A stretch of 64,000 nt of DNA from an uncultured Rhodobacterales bacterium (GCA_963999845.1 CAXEVV010000005.1:3835-67834), one strand, 5' to 3'. Shown: positions 10,606 through 21,971, counted from the stretch's first letter. The notes: generated by a model not told the origin, from the sequence alone. Program-made: numbers and translations.

Positions 10606-12606
10606 TCAATCAAACTCTAAAATAACATCATCAACTGCCAAGCTATCCCCAACATTTGAGTTGATTTTAGCTATTGTGCCTGTACGTTCCGCTCTTAAGA
10701 TATTTTCCATTTTCATCGCCTCAACGGTACATAATGGCTGACCCTCTTGAACTTCCTGCCCTGCTTTTACGTCAATCTTTACAATCAATCCTGGCATTGG
10801 GCAAAGTAGCATTTTTGATGTGTCAGGCGGTAGCTTTTCTTGCATGTATTCCGAAAGTTCGGCTTGCCTGGGAGATCTCACTAGGACCTTCAAATCAGCT
10901 CCTCTGGTACGCATTCTGAAACCACCAGTCAACTTACTCATCTTAATGACAAGCTTGTTACCATTGGCATTCATATTCGCTATTTTTTTTCCTGGGAACC
11001 AGTCTCCAGTAATACGAATTGACGTTTTATCCTCAAAAATCACATTTGCGCCGTTAGTATCAGCCGAAACATTCACAGAAAATACTTTCCCGGAAATTTG
11101 TACTACCCAATCGTCTCCAACACGCCTTTCGTGGTTATCCATCCTACCAGAAATTTTTGTGCGCCTAATTTCAGCAACCCGGTTCATAGCAGCAGCACAA
11201 GCGGCAAGATCTATGATTTTATCGTCACTTAGATCAACACCATTAAAACCGTCTGGGTACTCTTCTGCAATAAAAGCCGTAGTAATATTACCAGAGACAA
11301 ACCTTTCATGATCCATGACAGCAGATAAAAAAGGTAAGTTATGCCCAATACCCTCCAACTCAAAGCGATCAAGGGCAGTGCGCATTTGCTCAATAGCCTT
11401 TGCTCTGTTTGGAGCCCAAGTACAGAGCTTTGCAATCATTGGATCGTAGTACATGGAAATCTCACCACCCTCAAAAACACCAGTATCGTTTCTGACTATT
11501 ACAGCCTTTTCTTTTACTTCAGTGGGAGGCCGATAGCGGGTTAAGCGCCCGATTGATGGTAAAAAATTGCGATAAGGATCTTCTGCGTAAAGGCGACTTT
11601 CTATCGCCCACCCATTCAATTTTATGTCTTTTTGGGATAAAGACAACGGTTTGCCAGCCGCTATAGATATCATTTGTTCAACTAAATCTACACCAGTTAT
11701 GAGCTCAGTAACTGGGTGTTCAACCTGTAAGCGAGTATTCATTTCTAAAAAATAGAAGTTTTTATCTTTATCTACTATAAACTCCACAGTTCCAGCGCTA
11801 TGATAGCCAACTGCTTTCGCTAATTTGCAGGCTTGTTCACCCATGTCTCGCCGGGTTTTTTCATCTAGAAAAGAACTCGGCGCTTCTTCGACTACTTTTT
11901 GATTTCTGCGTTGTATTGAACATTCACGCTCACCTAAATAAATACAATTACCCTGAGTATCTGCTAATACTTGAATTTCGATGTGTCGAGGTTGGGTAAC
12001 AAATTTCTCTATAAAAATCCTATCATCTCCAAAGCTACTGGCAGCTTCATTTTTTGAAGATTCATACCCTTCCTTCACCTCGGTATCGTTCCAGGCTATC
12101 CTCATTCCTTTACCACCGCCACCTGCTGATGCCTTTATCATTACTGGATAGCCAATCTCCTTGCTTATGCGGACTGCCTCTTTGTCATCATTTATTATAC
12201 CCATGTAACCAGGAACCGTATTTACTCCAGCATCTTGAGCAATCTTCTTCGATGTAATTTTGTCACCCATACTTTTGATAGCACGCTCAGGTGGCCCAAT
12301 GAATGTTACGCCTATATCAGATAAAGCCTTCGCAAATTTGGCATTTTCAGATAAAAAGCCATATCCAGGATGAACAGCATTGGCTTTAGTTTCCTCAACT
12401 GCGGAGATCACTTTTTCAATATCAATGTAGGATTGATTGGCTGGAGGTGGACCGATACTTACTGACTCATCTGCCATTTGCACGTGAAGAGCTTGCCTGT
12501 CCGCATCAGAAAAAACAGCTATCGTTTTTATACCCATTTGTTTTGCGGTTTTCATAACGCGGCACGCGATTTCTCCACGGTTTGCTATCAATAGTCTATC
12601 AAACAT
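10606..12606 (-). CDS. pccA: propionyl-CoA carboxylase alpha subunit (biotin carboxylase + BCCP)
   Basis: MFDRLLIANRGEIACRV, an ATP-grasp region, and the C-terminal biotinyl motif VEAMKMEN. Clustered with pccB and mcm. Confidence 0.93.
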   Translation of the reverse strand: MFDRLLIANRGEIACRVMKTAKQMGIKTIAVFSDADRQALHVQMADESVSIGPPPANQSYIDIEKVISAVEETKANAVHPGYGFLSENAKFAKALSDIGVTFIGPPERAIKSMGDKITSKKIAQDAGVNTVPGYMGIINDDKEAVRISKEIGYPVMIKASAGGGGKGMRIAWNDTEVKEGYESSKNEAASSFGDDRIFIEKFVTQPRHIEIQVLADTQGNCIYLGERECSIQRRNQKVVEEAPSSFLDEKTRRDMGEQACKLAKAVGYHSAGTVEFIVDKDKNFYFLEMNTRLQVEHPVTELITGVDLVEQMISIAAGKPLSLSQKDIKLNGWAIESRLYAEDPYRNFLPSIGRLTRYRPPTEVKEKAVIVRNDTGVFEGGEISMYYDPMIAKLCTWAPNRAKAIEQMRTALDRFELEGIGHNLPFLSAVMDHERFVSGNITTAFIAEEYPDGFNGVDLSDDKIIDLAACAAAMNRVAEIRRTKISGRMDNHERRVGDDWVVQISGKVFSVNVSADTNGANVIFEDKTSIRITGDWFPGKKIANMNANGNKLVIKMSKLTGGFRMRTRGADLKVLVRSPRQAELSEYMQEKLPPDTSKMLLCPMPGLIVKIDVKAGQEVQEGQPLCTVEAMKMENILRAERTGTIAKINSNVGDSLAVDDVILEFD

Positions 12607-12609
12607 TGT

Positions 12610-12969
12610 TCATCCTCTCTGACCGGAATCAAAGGTTTCTGGAAAATTAATCTTTATCACATTTAGGTCCAAAATAAGCTTTTCCTCATAGGATCTAGCA
12701 TCAAATTGATCTTCATATGCTTTTACTTCTCTCCCAAATAGCCAACTCAAGCGACCAGCGTCCAAATTACCTCGTTCGAAAGGTTGATCCCAAAACTGTT
12801 CAAGTAAAGCTCTGACGAAACCGTTGTCGGCCCTTTTATCGGCTGGCTTACGATCTCTGAAACGTTCTCGCTCTATTATAGGAGTGACCCCCTTTGGATT
12901 AGGTCGGCGGATCGTGAACTGATAATCAGTTCCAGGCAATCGTGATGGAAACCCTCTGTGTTTCATCAT
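12610..12969 (-). CDS. hypothetical protein (119 aa) embedded between pccB and pccA
   Basis: Intact hydrophilic ORF with no TM segment and no family I recognise. Its TGA (12610-12612) lies 3 nt from the pccA ATG, and its last codons carry the pccA SD (GAGAGGA). Confidence 0.6.
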   Translation of the reverse strand: MMKHRGFPSRLPGTDYQFTIRRPNPKGVTPIIERERFRDRKPADKRADNGFVRALLEQFWDQPFERGNLDAGRLSWLFGREVKAYEDQFDARSYEEKLILDLNVIKINFPETFDSGQRG

Positions 12970-13021
12970 AGCGTAGAAGATCCCAAGTAAAAAAAATTAG
13001 CAAACATTTGTGTCTTTCAAC

Positions 13022-14554
13022 CTAAAGCGGAATATTGTCATGTTTTTTCCAAGGGTTTTTCAATTGCTTATTCCTTAAAGCAGCGAAAGCGCGAGATACC
13101 CTTTTTCTGGTAGAGCGTGGTTGAATTACTTCATCTATAAAACCTCTTTCGGCAGCTATGAAAGGGTTCGCAAAACGGTCTTCGTATTCCTTTGCGTGCT
13201 TAGAAATCTTTTCATCGTCACCCAAATCTGCACGATGAATTATCTCAGTAGCACCTTTAGCACCCATTACTGCAATCTCAGCGGTTGGCCATGCATAATT
13301 AAAATCTCCTCTTAAATGCTTAGATGACATAACATCGTAAGCGCCACCGTAGGCTTTCCGGGTTATAACGGTAACTTTCGGAACTGTTGCCTCGCCATAG
13401 GCAAACAATAATTTCGCGCCGTGTTTGATTACGCCACCATATTCCTGCGAAGTTCCTGGTAGAAATCCTGGAACATCAACTAATGTTAGTATGGGGATTT
13501 CAAATGCATCACAAAACCTTACAAACCGGGCAGCTTTTCTTGAACTATCAATATCTAAACACCCTGCTAAAACCATTGGTTGATTTGCTACAACACCAAC
13601 TGTTTGGCCTTCTAGGCGGACAAAACCGGTAATTATATTTTTTGCAAATTCACCCTGTATTTCGTAAAAATCACCTTCATCAGCTAACTTCTCAATCAGT
13701 TCGGCCATATCGTACGGAGTATTAGGATTATCAGGTATTAGGGTGTCTAAAGAAGATTCTATTCTATTGGGATTGTCAAAAAATGGCCGTACGGGTGCTT
13801 TCTCACGGTTATTCAAGGGGAGAAAATCGACTAACCTGCGCACTTCAAATAAGGCCTCGATATCGTTTTCAAACGCCCCATCTGCTACCGATGATTTCTT
13901 TGTGTGGGTTGATGCTCCACCCAGTTCCTCGGCCGTAACTACTTCGTTAGTAACTGTCCTCACAACATCCGGGCCAGTAACAAACATGTAAGAGCTGTCC
14001 TTCACCATAAAGATAAAATCTGTCATTGCTGGAGAATAAACAGCACCACCGGCACAAGGCCCCATAATCACAGAAATCTGGGGGATTACTCCAGACGCCA
14101 TGACATTCCTTTGAAAAACTTCAGCGTAGCCGGCGAGAGATGCCACACCTTCTTGAATACGAGCGCCTCCAGAGTCGTTCAGGCCAATTACTGGAGCACC
14201 ATTTTGGATCGCCATGTCCATGATTTTGCAAATTTTTTGTGCATGAGTTTCAGACAGCGATCCTCCAAAAACTGTAAAGTCTTGGCTAAATACATACACC
14301 ATCCTACCATTAATAGTGCCCCAGCCCGTCACGACGCCATCGCCAGCAGGTTTAGATTTTTCCATATCGAAATCGGTACATCTGTGCGAAACAAACATAT
14401 CGAACTCTTCGAAACTATCCTGATCCATAAGAATTTCAATTCGTTCTCGGGCTGTCAATTTTCCTTTAGAGTGTTGAGCCTCTATGCGATTACTGCCACC
14501 ACCTAAACGCGCATTTTCACGGCGTTTTCTCAATTCTAACAAGACGTCTTTCAT
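13022..14554 (-). CDS. pccB: propionyl-CoA carboxylase beta subunit (carboxyltransferase)
   Basis: 510 aa with full-length similarity to PccB/AccD5-type carboxyltransferases (GGARIQEGV.., [13 protein letters not shown]). Confidence 0.95.
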   Translation of the reverse strand: MKDVLLELRKRRENARLGGGSNRIEAQHSKGKLTARERIEILMDQDSFEEFDMFVSHRCTDFDMEKSKPAGDGVVTGWGTINGRMVYVFSQDFTVFGGSLSETHAQKICKIMDMAIQNGAPVIGLNDSGGARIQEGVASLAGYAEVFQRNVMASGVIPQISVIMGPCAGGAVYSPAMTDFIFMVKDSSYMFVTGPDVVRTVTNEVVTAEELGGASTHTKKSSVADGAFENDIEALFEVRRLVDFLPLNNREKAPVRPFFDNPNRIESSLDTLIPDNPNTPYDMAELIEKLADEGDFYEIQGEFAKNIITGFVRLEGQTVGVVANQPMVLAGCLDIDSSRKAARFVRFCDAFEIPILTLVDVPGFLPGTSQEYGGVIKHGAKLLFAYGEATVPKVTVITRKAYGGAYDVMSSKHLRGDFNYAWPTAEIAVMGAKGATEIIHRADLGDDEKISKHAKEYEDRFANPFIAAERGFIDEVIQPRSTRKRVSRAFAALRNKQLKNPWKKHDNIPL

Positions 14555-14725
14555 AAAAAACCTCGAAATTCAGTTCGCTAGTTTGTAGACATAACTTATC
14601 ATAAATGAAAGATTTATTTCCGTAACGTTAGTTGGATAGAGCCTTCATATTCATCAAAAACTAACAAGGATGTTAATGCTTTCCGACAGCTGGACAATTC
14701 TCAACTTCAAGTATATCGGGACTGA

Positions 14726-15940
14726 ATGACAAAAATTGAACCTGCACGGTTTTTAGACAAAAAATCACAGCCTCACACATTTACTCTTGTAGTTCTTGCA
14801 AGCATTTCTGCTATGGCGATGAATATTTTTTTGCCAAGCCTTCCATCTATGGCTAATCACTTTAATACATCAACAGCGACTTTGGGCCTGACTGTAGGTA
14901 TATATCTGGCCGCAAGCGCCATAATAGGAATATTTGTAGGACCAATATCAGATTTATATGGGCGAAGACCAGTCGTCCTTGTTTCACTTGCAATTTTCAT
15001 TATTTCTTCCGTTTGGTGCATTTACGCACCTACTGTTTTTTGGCTTTTAACTGCAAGAGTATTCCAAGCCTGTGGAGCAGTAACGATTGTGTTGTCTAGA
15101 GCGGTTATAAGAGACACAACCGAAGCAAATTTAGCAGGCTCAAAAATTGGTTATGTAACAATGGGCATGGCACTTGTCCCGATGGTGGCACCCGGCATTG
15201 GAGGCTTTATTGATGCATACCTGAGCTGGGAGTATAATTTTTGGGCGTTAACACTGGCTGGGATTATAACTTTTGGGCTAGTTTATCTTGACTTGGGTGA
15301 AACTGCTCTTGATCGAAGTTCATCAATTTTTGAGCAATTCAGAGATTATCCTACTTTACTAAAGTCACGTCGCTTTTGGGCTTATTCAGTAACTTCAGGC
15401 CTCGGCGCTGGTGCTTTTTTCGCTTATCTAGGAGGGGCTCCCTACGTAGCATCTGAAGTCTTTTACTTGCCACCAGAGAAATTAGGAGTTTTCTTTGGAG
15501 CACCCGCAATCGGTTATTTTGTCGGTAATTTTCTGGCGGGTCGATATTCAACGCAAGTTGGAATAGACCCTATGATATCGATTGGCATGCTTATAAACGT
15601 GTCAGGATTATTATTATCAATCGCCTTAAGTATGCTTGGCTTTGGCTCGGAATGGACTTTTTTTGGTACGATGACACTTGTGGGTTTAGGAAATGGAATT
15701 TCTCTGCCAAATGCTAATGCAGGTTTATTATCAATAAATCCAAAATTAGCTGGCACAGCATCGGGCTTAGGAGGGTCAATAATGATTGGCCTTGGTTCTA
15801 TACTCTCAGCGATGGCAGGTATTTTATTAGATGGAAGTAAAACTGAGATACCACTGATTAGCTTAATGTTGATCTCAGCTTTTCTGGGTCTTTTGTGCAC
15901 TTTTTATGTCATAAAACGTAATAAGGAGCTTAGAATTTGA
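14726..15940 (+). CDS. MFS transporter (Bcr/CflA drug-resistance subfamily-like)
   Basis: 12-TM profile and MFS motif A GPISDLYGRRPVVL. Confidence 0.85.
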   Translation: MTKIEPARFLDKKSQPHTFTLVVLASISAMAMNIFLPSLPSMANHFNTSTATLGLTVGIYLAASAIIGIFVGPISDLYGRRPVVLVSLAIFIISSVWCIYAPTVFWLLTARVFQACGAVTIVLSRAVIRDTTEANLAGSKIGYVTMGMALVPMVAPGIGGFIDAYLSWEYNFWALTLAGIITFGLVYLDLGETALDRSSSIFEQFRDYPTLLKSRRFWAYSVTSGLGAGAFFAYLGGAPYVASEVFYLPPEKLGVFFGAPAIGYFVGNFLAGRYSTQVGIDPMISIGMLINVSGLLLSIALSMLGFGSEWTFFGTMTLVGLGNGISLPNANAGLLSINPKLAGTASGLGGSIMIGLGSILSAMAGILLDGSKTEIPLISLMLISAFLGLLCTFYVIKRNKELRI

Positions 15941-15955
15941 GTAAAATTTATTTGG

Positions 15956-17623
15956 TTACCGCTGTTGGCTTCGCCAACCTGGATGAATCCAAGCGACGTC
16001 GTTGGCCCTTGGCAAGGTCTCTTTTCCTAAAATATGGTCACTAGCTTTCTCACCGACCATAATGGTAGGACCATTTAAATTTCCATTTGTAATTTGCGGA
16101 AATATACTGCTGTCAACCACACGCAAATTTTTGACACCTATGACTTGTGTAAATTTATCGACTACGGCCATGGGGTCGTTTATGTCACCCATCTTACATG
16201 TTCCACATGGATGATATGCACTTTCAACATTTTGAGAAATAAAATTGTCTAGTTCATCGTCAGTTTGTAAAGTTTCACCAGGTTGTATTTCATATTTTAC
16301 AAATTTATTTATCGCAGGCTGCCTAAAGATTTCTCTAGTTAACCTGATGCAACGCCGAAAATCCTCCCAATCCTTCTCACTAGACATATAATTAAAAATG
16401 ATAGCTGGCTGGTCATATGGATCGTTTGATTTTAAGGTAACGGAGCCACGAGATGGGCTCCGCATAGGGCCAACATGGGCTTGAAAGCCATGACCCCTTA
16501 CTGCAACTTTACCATCATACCGCACGGCCAGAGGCAGAAAATGATACTGAATGTCTGGATATTTAACACCGGCCTTTGAACGAATGAAAGCTGCGCTCTC
16601 AAACTGGTTAGACGCTCCCGGTCCAGTTCGGCTGATCAACCATCTTAAACCGACATAAGCTTTCCCCAACAAACCCCAGTATTTATATAAAGTTATGGGT
16701 TCACTTGCCGCCATTTGTAAATACAACTCAAGATGGTCCTGCAAATTCTTGCCTACACCAGGGCGGTCAGCCAAAACTTTAATTCCGTGTTCTTTTAAGT
16801 GTGCAGCAGGCCCAATACCTGAAAGCATTAACAATTTGGGAGAATTTATTGAGGAAGCAGATAAAATAACCTCTTTGTGGGCATGCAAGATAGCTTTGGT
16901 CTTATTCTTTGCATCATATTCGACGCCAGTAGCTCTCCCTTTCTCTATAAGAATTTTTCGAGCAAACCCTGACACCAAGCGACATCGACCAGTCTTTATT
17001 GCTGGGCGCAAATATGCTTTTGCAGCTGACCAACGTTGACCCTTAAAGATTGTTTGATCCATAGGACTAAAACCTTCTTGTTTTTGTCCGTTATAATCTT
17101 CAGTTATCTCATAACCTGCCTCATGACCGGCATTAACGAATGCTTTTACTAATTCATTTGAGCGTGAACCGCGAGTTACATGAAGTGGCCCTGAATTTCC
17201 CCGCCAGGTTGGATCACCACCGTGACCTGCTGAATTCCAATTTTCGAGTTTCTTAAAATATGGCAACGTATCAGCATAAGCCCATCCTGCAGCGCCCATT
17301 TCTGACCATGTATCATAATCTAGTGCATGACCGCGAACATAAACCATCCCATTTATGCTTGAAGAACCACCAACAACCTTTCCACGTGGACACGCAAGCT
17401 TTCGACCATTTAAAAATGGTTCTGGTTCCGACGTAAAACCCCAGTCGTATCTTGGCATATTCATCGGGTAACTTAAGGCTCCTGGCATTTGAATTAGAGC
17501 ACTCCTATCACTCCCACCATATTCAAGAACTACTACCTTGTGACCTGCTTCGCATAACCTAAAAGCAGTAGCACAGCCTGCACTTCCAGCACCAACAATT
17601 ATGTAATCGGCTTCTATAATAAT
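15956..17623 (-). CDS. betA: choline dehydrogenase (GMC oxidoreductase), non-canonical AUU/AUA start
   Basis: High end-to-end resemblance to BetA ([41 protein letters not shown]). The FAD fold [12 protein letters not shown] is encoded at 17573-17608, upstream of the track's first Met (17488). The frame is closed by TGA at 17627-17629, so the start must be ATT/ATT/ATA at 17615-17623. Confidence 0.85.
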   Translation of the reverse strand: MIIEADYIIVGAGSAGCATAFRLCEAGHKVVVLEYGGSDRSALIQMPGALSYPMNMPRYDWGFTSEPEPFLNGRKLACPRGKVVGGSSSINGMVYVRGHALDYDTWSEMGAAGWAYADTLPYFKKLENWNSAGHGGDPTWRGNSGPLHVTRGSRSNELVKAFVNAGHEAGYEITEDYNGQKQEGFSPMDQTIFKGQRWSAAKAYLRPAIKTGRCRLVSGFARKILIEKGRATGVEYDAKNKTKAILHAHKEVILSASSINSPKLLMLSGIGPAAHLKEHGIKVLADRPGVGKNLQDHLELYLQMAASEPITLYKYWGLLGKAYVGLRWLISRTGPGASNQFESAAFIRSKAGVKYPDIQYHFLPLAVRYDGKVAVRGHGFQAHVGPMRSPSRGSVTLKSNDPYDQPAIIFNYMSSEKDWEDFRRCIRLTREIFRQPAINKFVKYEIQPGETLQTDDELDNFISQNVESAYHPCGTCKMGDINDPMAVVDKFTQVIGVKNLRVVDSSIFPQITNGNLNGPTIMVGEKASDHILGKETLPRANDVAWIHPGWRSQQR

Positions 17624-17668
17624 GTATCACTCCTTAACTGAAACGGTCTCTGTGCGACGCGCTAATTA

Positions 17669-18574
17669 TCATAATTTAGTTTCATGCGTAACTGGCGTAA
17701 GTTGTTTCTTTTTTAATACTGCCTCTCTCCAAGTCATAAAACTTACGGAAGAAACTATTATTATGCCACCGGCAATAACAAAAGGATCTATATTTTCATT
17801 GAAAAATAATGCTCCAACTGAAATTGCCCAAATTAACTGTAAAAAGGTCACTGGCTGTGTCACTGTAACTGGAGCCGCCATAAAGGCCTTAGTCATCGTG
17901 TAGTGACCGAGAGTAGCCAGAACTGCTACTCCAAAAAGTATTATCAGCTCATCTAATCTTGGGGGCACCCAAACCTTATATGCGAGTGGAAACAAACCTA
18001 TTGTAACAAATATAGAAAGCATGATTACAACTGTCTCGGCACTGACCCTGTTTGTGAGGTGCTTTGCAAAAAGATAAGAGCCCGCAAAAAATAATGCCGT
18101 ACCCATCATTGCCACATGCCCCATGCTTATTTCCCTGAAACCCGGCCTAAGAATAACAATGGCACCAGCTAGTGCAAAAATAACAGCAAGAATTCTTCGA
18201 ATTGCCATTTTTTCCTTCAAAAAAATAACAGCACCTAGTGCTACATAAACCGGGGAAAGATAGTTCATCGCTGTAACCTCAGCTATTGGGATTTGTGTCA
18301 TAGCAAAAAACCAAAGTACAACAGCAAAGGTATGGAAAACCCCTCTAGCCATGAAGTTTATCCACAAATTGCGATCTAACTTATCTTTGAGTGAGGTCTT
18401 TAGCATTGGGACCAACAAAACTAGACCAAGCAGGTAACGCAAGAATGCTGCTTCGGGAGCCGGCACTCTGGGACCCAAAATTTTTACAAGTACGGTTACA
18501 CCAAGAAAAAGTAGGCCCGTTAATACCATCCAAAGTATTCCACGGATTTCAGGCTGCTTAAGTTTATTAATCAT
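17669..18574 (-). CDS. DMT superfamily (EamA-like) transporter
   Basis: 10-TM profile consistent with two EamA repeats. Confidence 0.85.
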   Translation of the reverse strand: MINKLKQPEIRGILWMVLTGLLFLGVTVLVKILGPRVPAPEAAFLRYLLGLVLLVPMLKTSLKDKLDRNLWINFMARGVFHTFAVVLWFFAMTQIPIAEVTAMNYLSPVYVALGAVIFLKEKMAIRRILAVIFALAGAIVILRPGFREISMGHVAMMGTALFFAGSYLFAKHLTNRVSAETVVIMLSIFVTIGLFPLAYKVWVPPRLDELIILFGVAVLATLGHYTMTKAFMAAPVTVTQPVTFLQLIWAISVGALFFNENIDPFVIAGGIIIVSSVSFMTWREAVLKKKQLTPVTHETKL

Positions 18575-18596
18575 GTTTTTTCTGGTTTACCACAGC

Positions 18597-19208
18597 TCAA
18601 TAGTTTCCCAGTATTAGTGACATAGCAATAGACCACATGACTAAACCCACAAAAATATCTAGTATGCGCCACGATTTCTCATTACGAAACAGTGGCCTAA
18701 GAAGGCTGGCACCAAATCCTAGGCTGAAAAAGAAAATAAAACTAGCAGCAACAGCTCCCATACAGAATAGCAATGGATCTTGGCTTTGATTTGCGACAGA
18801 TCCCAGAAGAACCACCGTATCAAGATAAACATGTGGGTTTAGCCAGGTTAACAGTAGACATGAAGTTACCGCCTTTAACGGTGTCTCGAGCACACCATCT
18901 GCCTCTAAACTTTTCCCACCTTTTACTGCTGATTTGATTGCAAAAAATCCATAAAAAAATAAGAACGCCGAACCTAAATAAGCAATAAAAGTTGTTAACT
19001 TTGGAAATGTTTCGAAAATAACTCCAAAACCAAAAACACCAGCGATAATTAAAATCGCATCAGAAGCTGCACATATGAAGCAAAGTAAAGGAACAAATCG
19101 CTTCACTAGCCCAGCTTTGAGAATAAAAGCATTCTGCGGACCTATAGCAAGTATTAGTGATAAACCCAGGAGAAACCCTGATAAAAAAAATTCCAAGAAA
19201 CTTATCAC
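18597..19208 (-). CDS. LysE/ArgO family amino-acid exporter
   Basis: 203 aa, 6 TM, N-terminal G..LG.SLILAIGPQNAF motif. GTG start. Confidence 0.85.
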   Translation of the reverse strand: MISFLEFFLSGFLLGLSLILAIGPQNAFILKAGLVKRFVPLLCFICAASDAILIIAGVFGFGVIFETFPKLTTFIAYLGSAFLFFYGFFAIKSAVKGGKSLEADGVLETPLKAVTSCLLLTWLNPHVYLDTVVLLGSVANQSQDPLLFCMGAVAASFIFFFSLGFGASLLRPLFRNEKSWRILDIFVGLVMWSIAMSLILGNY

Positions 19209-19353
19209 CCTATTCTGAGACTTCGCTACAGCGAGTCCGATTAATTATTTTTTCCTGCTGTTCAAAGTCGCTACTTGAGGTTTTGAACCTTTAAAAGCCA
19301 AAATTTATAGTCATACTTAAAAATCTAGTGTGATTGAAGTTTTCGAACTACAC

Positions 19354-20103
19354 TCATATTTCTTGCAGAGCTAACATAACTTCATCAGATGCCTCAAAAT
19401 TTGTTGTCACCCTCTGGACATCATCGTCATCCTCTAGAGAGTCAACCAGTCGCATAAGTTTTTGCATATCATTTAGGTCAAGTTCAGTAGTTGTCGTAGG
19501 CTTCCAGATAAGTTTAGTGGCCTCACTTTCACCTAATTCTGCTTCCAAAGATGAAGCTACTTCGTTTAAATCTAAATCAGCACACCAAATAGTATGGCCT
19601 TCGCTTATACTCTCCACGTCTTCTGCGCCCGCATCGATGGCAGCCAGCATTATAGTGTCAGCGTCTCCAACTTCAGGGAGGTATAAAATCTCTCCCTTCC
19701 TCTCAAACATAAACCCGACCGAACCCGTTTCACCTAAATTACCACCATTTTTAGAAAATATAGAGCGTACATTTGAAGCAGTGCGATTTCTATTATCGGT
19801 CATAGCTTCAACAATTACAGCTACTCCATTTGGCCCATATCCTTCGTAACGAATCTCCTCATACTCATCACCTTCGCCAGCCAGAGATTTTTTAATAGCT
19901 CTTTCTATTACATCTTTTGGAACTGAGTTAGATTTTGCTTCTTTCACTGCTAACCGCAGACGTGGATTCTTTTCCGGATCAGGATCACCCATTTTTGCTG
20001 CAACCGTGATCTCTCGGCTTAACTTTGAAAATAATTTTGACCGAGCAGCATCTTGGCGACCCTTACGGTGCTGAATATTTGCCCACTTTGAGTGACCAGC
20101 CAT
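19354..20103 (-). CDS. yebC: YebC/PmpR family DNA-binding transcriptional regulator
   Basis: [16 protein letters not shown]-terminus. GGAGGA lies 6 nt upstream of the ATG at 20103 (the track start at 20115 is 4 codons too long). Confidence 0.93.
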   Translation of the reverse strand: MAGHSKWANIQHRKGRQDAARSKLFSKLSREITVAAKMGDPDPEKNPRLRLAVKEAKSNSVPKDVIERAIKKSLAGEGDEYEEIRYEGYGPNGVAVIVEAMTDNRNRTASNVRSIFSKNGGNLGETGSVGFMFERKGEILYLPEVGDADTIMLAAIDAGAEDVESISEGHTIWCADLDLNEVASSLEAELGESEATKLIWKPTTTTELDLNDMQKLMRLVDSLEDDDDVQRVTTNFEASDEVMLALQEI

Positions 20104-20208
20104 GTATTCCTCCATATCAAAACGTCTTTTGTTTAATAACTGCGTGATGTTAGGGCAAGAACAAATTCAATGCATTACTATCCATAAGCTTCACCACAAG
20201 TCCTTATT

Positions 20209-21093
20209 TCAATCGCTTTTTTTTGGTGACACCAAAAACATTCCCACAAACATTAAAGATATTGAATACCAAAGATATCGCGAGGTAGCCTCATCCAGGA
20301 TAAAAATTGACCAGAAAACTCCCCACGCCGTGACGAAATATGCTACTTGAGCCGCAAACACAGCTCCAGAACGAGAAACTAACCAAACATAAGCGCAATA
20401 AGCAACCGCGTGACAAAAAGATGAAATGACATGTGTAAAATTTTGCAGAGGCCATGGCTCTAAAGGATTTATCCATTGCCCGGTTGCAAAGACAATTGGT
20501 AAAATCATCAAAGTGCCCAAAATAGATACACCAGTAAATGTCTGAATTGGATCCTGGCCAGATGTGCCATATTTATCTACATAGTTTCCTTCAAGTGCAT
20601 AGAACAGCGGTGCGACAAGAGCTAAAGGTATGAAAATTAGGCGGACCTTTTCTGAAATACCGGCATCTGGGCCAGTTAATACGAGCACCCCACAAAAACC
20701 CACAATTATTCCAGCAATTCGTCTGAAATCTATTTTTTCTAGACCCATTAACATCGCTATTGGAAAGGAAAACATTGGTACTGTTGCAATCAGAATTGCT
20801 ATAAAACCTGCAGGCAAGTAGTAGGTTGCTACATAGTTTGCAGAGTTAGGGAAGATTGCTCCCAAAAGTGCTAGAACAGTAAAGAGAAAAATAGTTTTTC
20901 TGCCAAAAATTGGCAGCTTACGGCGCATGATGCTAATAAAGCCAAGAAATATTGTGCCAAGAACAAATTGCCAAAAAATAAGTACAAATGGGCCATACCC
21001 AGTGGCTACAGTAATCTTTGTTAGTGCGATACCTAAACCCCAGGCGGCGCCCATAAAAATTAGTACAAAATAAGGGAGTAATGAAACCTTCAT
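20209..21093 (-). CDS. DMT superfamily (EamA-like) transporter
   Basis: 294 aa with a 10-TM profile. Confidence 0.8.
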   Translation of the reverse strand: MKVSLLPYFVLIFMGAAWGLGIALTKITVATGYGPFVLIFWQFVLGTIFLGFISIMRRKLPIFGRKTIFLFTVLALLGAIFPNSANYVATYYLPAGFIAILIATVPMFSFPIAMLMGLEKIDFRRIAGIIVGFCGVLVLTGPDAGISEKVRLIFIPLALVAPLFYALEGNYVDKYGTSGQDPIQTFTGVSILGTLMILPIVFATGQWINPLEPWPLQNFTHVISSFCHAVAYCAYVWLVSRSGAVFAAQVAYFVTAWGVFWSIFILDEATSRYLWYSISLMFVGMFLVSPKKSD

Positions 21094-21096
21094 TTA

Positions 21097-21900
21097 TTAG
21101 GCCGCTATTTTGCCACCAATTTTAAATGGATCTATAGAAACAGCCTTTCCTGAAGCGTCATCCGTTTCTACTAAAACGCCGCATAAAGTTGCGGAACCAC
21201 TAGCTGGCGAAAATCTGCCTTTGGCCATTCCAGTTACAAAGCGGCGTAACGGTTCACTTTTCTCCATTCCAATAACACTATCATAGTCGCCACACATACC
21301 TGCATCCGTTTGGTAAGCGGTGCCTTTCGGTAATAACATTGAGTCGGCTGTTGGAATGTGGGTGTGTGTACCAATTACAGCGCTCACTCTGCCATCACAG
21401 AAATGACCTACGCCCATTTTCTCAGACGTAGCCTCGCAATGGATATCAACAAATATTGCTTGCATGGTACCACCAAGGGTGTGTTTTTTTAAAATTGAGT
21501 CTATGGATGAAAATGGATCATCGAAAGTCCTTTTCATAAACACTTGGCCTAGAATTTGTGACACTAAAATTTTCCGTCCTCTCAAATCACTAAAGATATT
21601 AGCTCCCTTACCGGGTGCAGATTTAGCAAAATTTAGAGGCCTAATTATTCTGGGCTCTTTCTCAATAAACTGCATCATATCCTTTTGATCAAACGCATGA
21701 TCTCCGAGGGTTATACAATCGGCACCTGCATTCAGTATATCTACTGCGTGTTGCGCACTAAGCCCTAACCCACTAGAAGCATTCTCCGCGTTAATAACTA
21801 CAAAATCAGCTCCATGTTTTAAGCGTAAATCCTGAAGGTCGTTTGTAATAGCAGACCGTCCTGCCCGGCCCATTACATCGCCAAAAAACATAATTCTCAT
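21097..21900 (-). CDS. YmdB-like metallophosphoesterase (TIGR00282 family)
   Basis: MRIMFFGDVMGRAGR, NAENASSG and GDHAFD motifs. Confidence 0.85.
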   Translation of the reverse strand: MRIMFFGDVMGRAGRSAITNDLQDLRLKHGADFVVINAENASSGLGLSAQHAVDILNAGADCITLGDHAFDQKDMMQFIEKEPRIIRPLNFAKSAPGKGANIFSDLRGRKILVSQILGQVFMKRTFDDPFSSIDSILKKHTLGGTMQAIFVDIHCEATSEKMGVGHFCDGRVSAVIGTHTHIPTADSMLLPKGTAYQTDAGMCGDYDSVIGMEKSEPLRRFVTGMAKGRFSPASGSATLCGVLVETDDASGKAVSIDPFKIGGKIAA

Positions 21901-21971
21901 TTTTAATTCCTATCCTAAAAAGGTAAACTGTCAGCTCGCCTAACATTAACTCCGTTTATCGGAAAGCCAAA

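Noticed and set aside
14555-14725. PccR/ScfR-type operator (TTTGCAAA-N4-TTTGCAAA) or regulator gene upstream of pccB
   Set aside because: No TTTGCAAA repeats are present in this spacer. The divergent gene is an MFS transporter, not an XRE/ScfR-type regulator.
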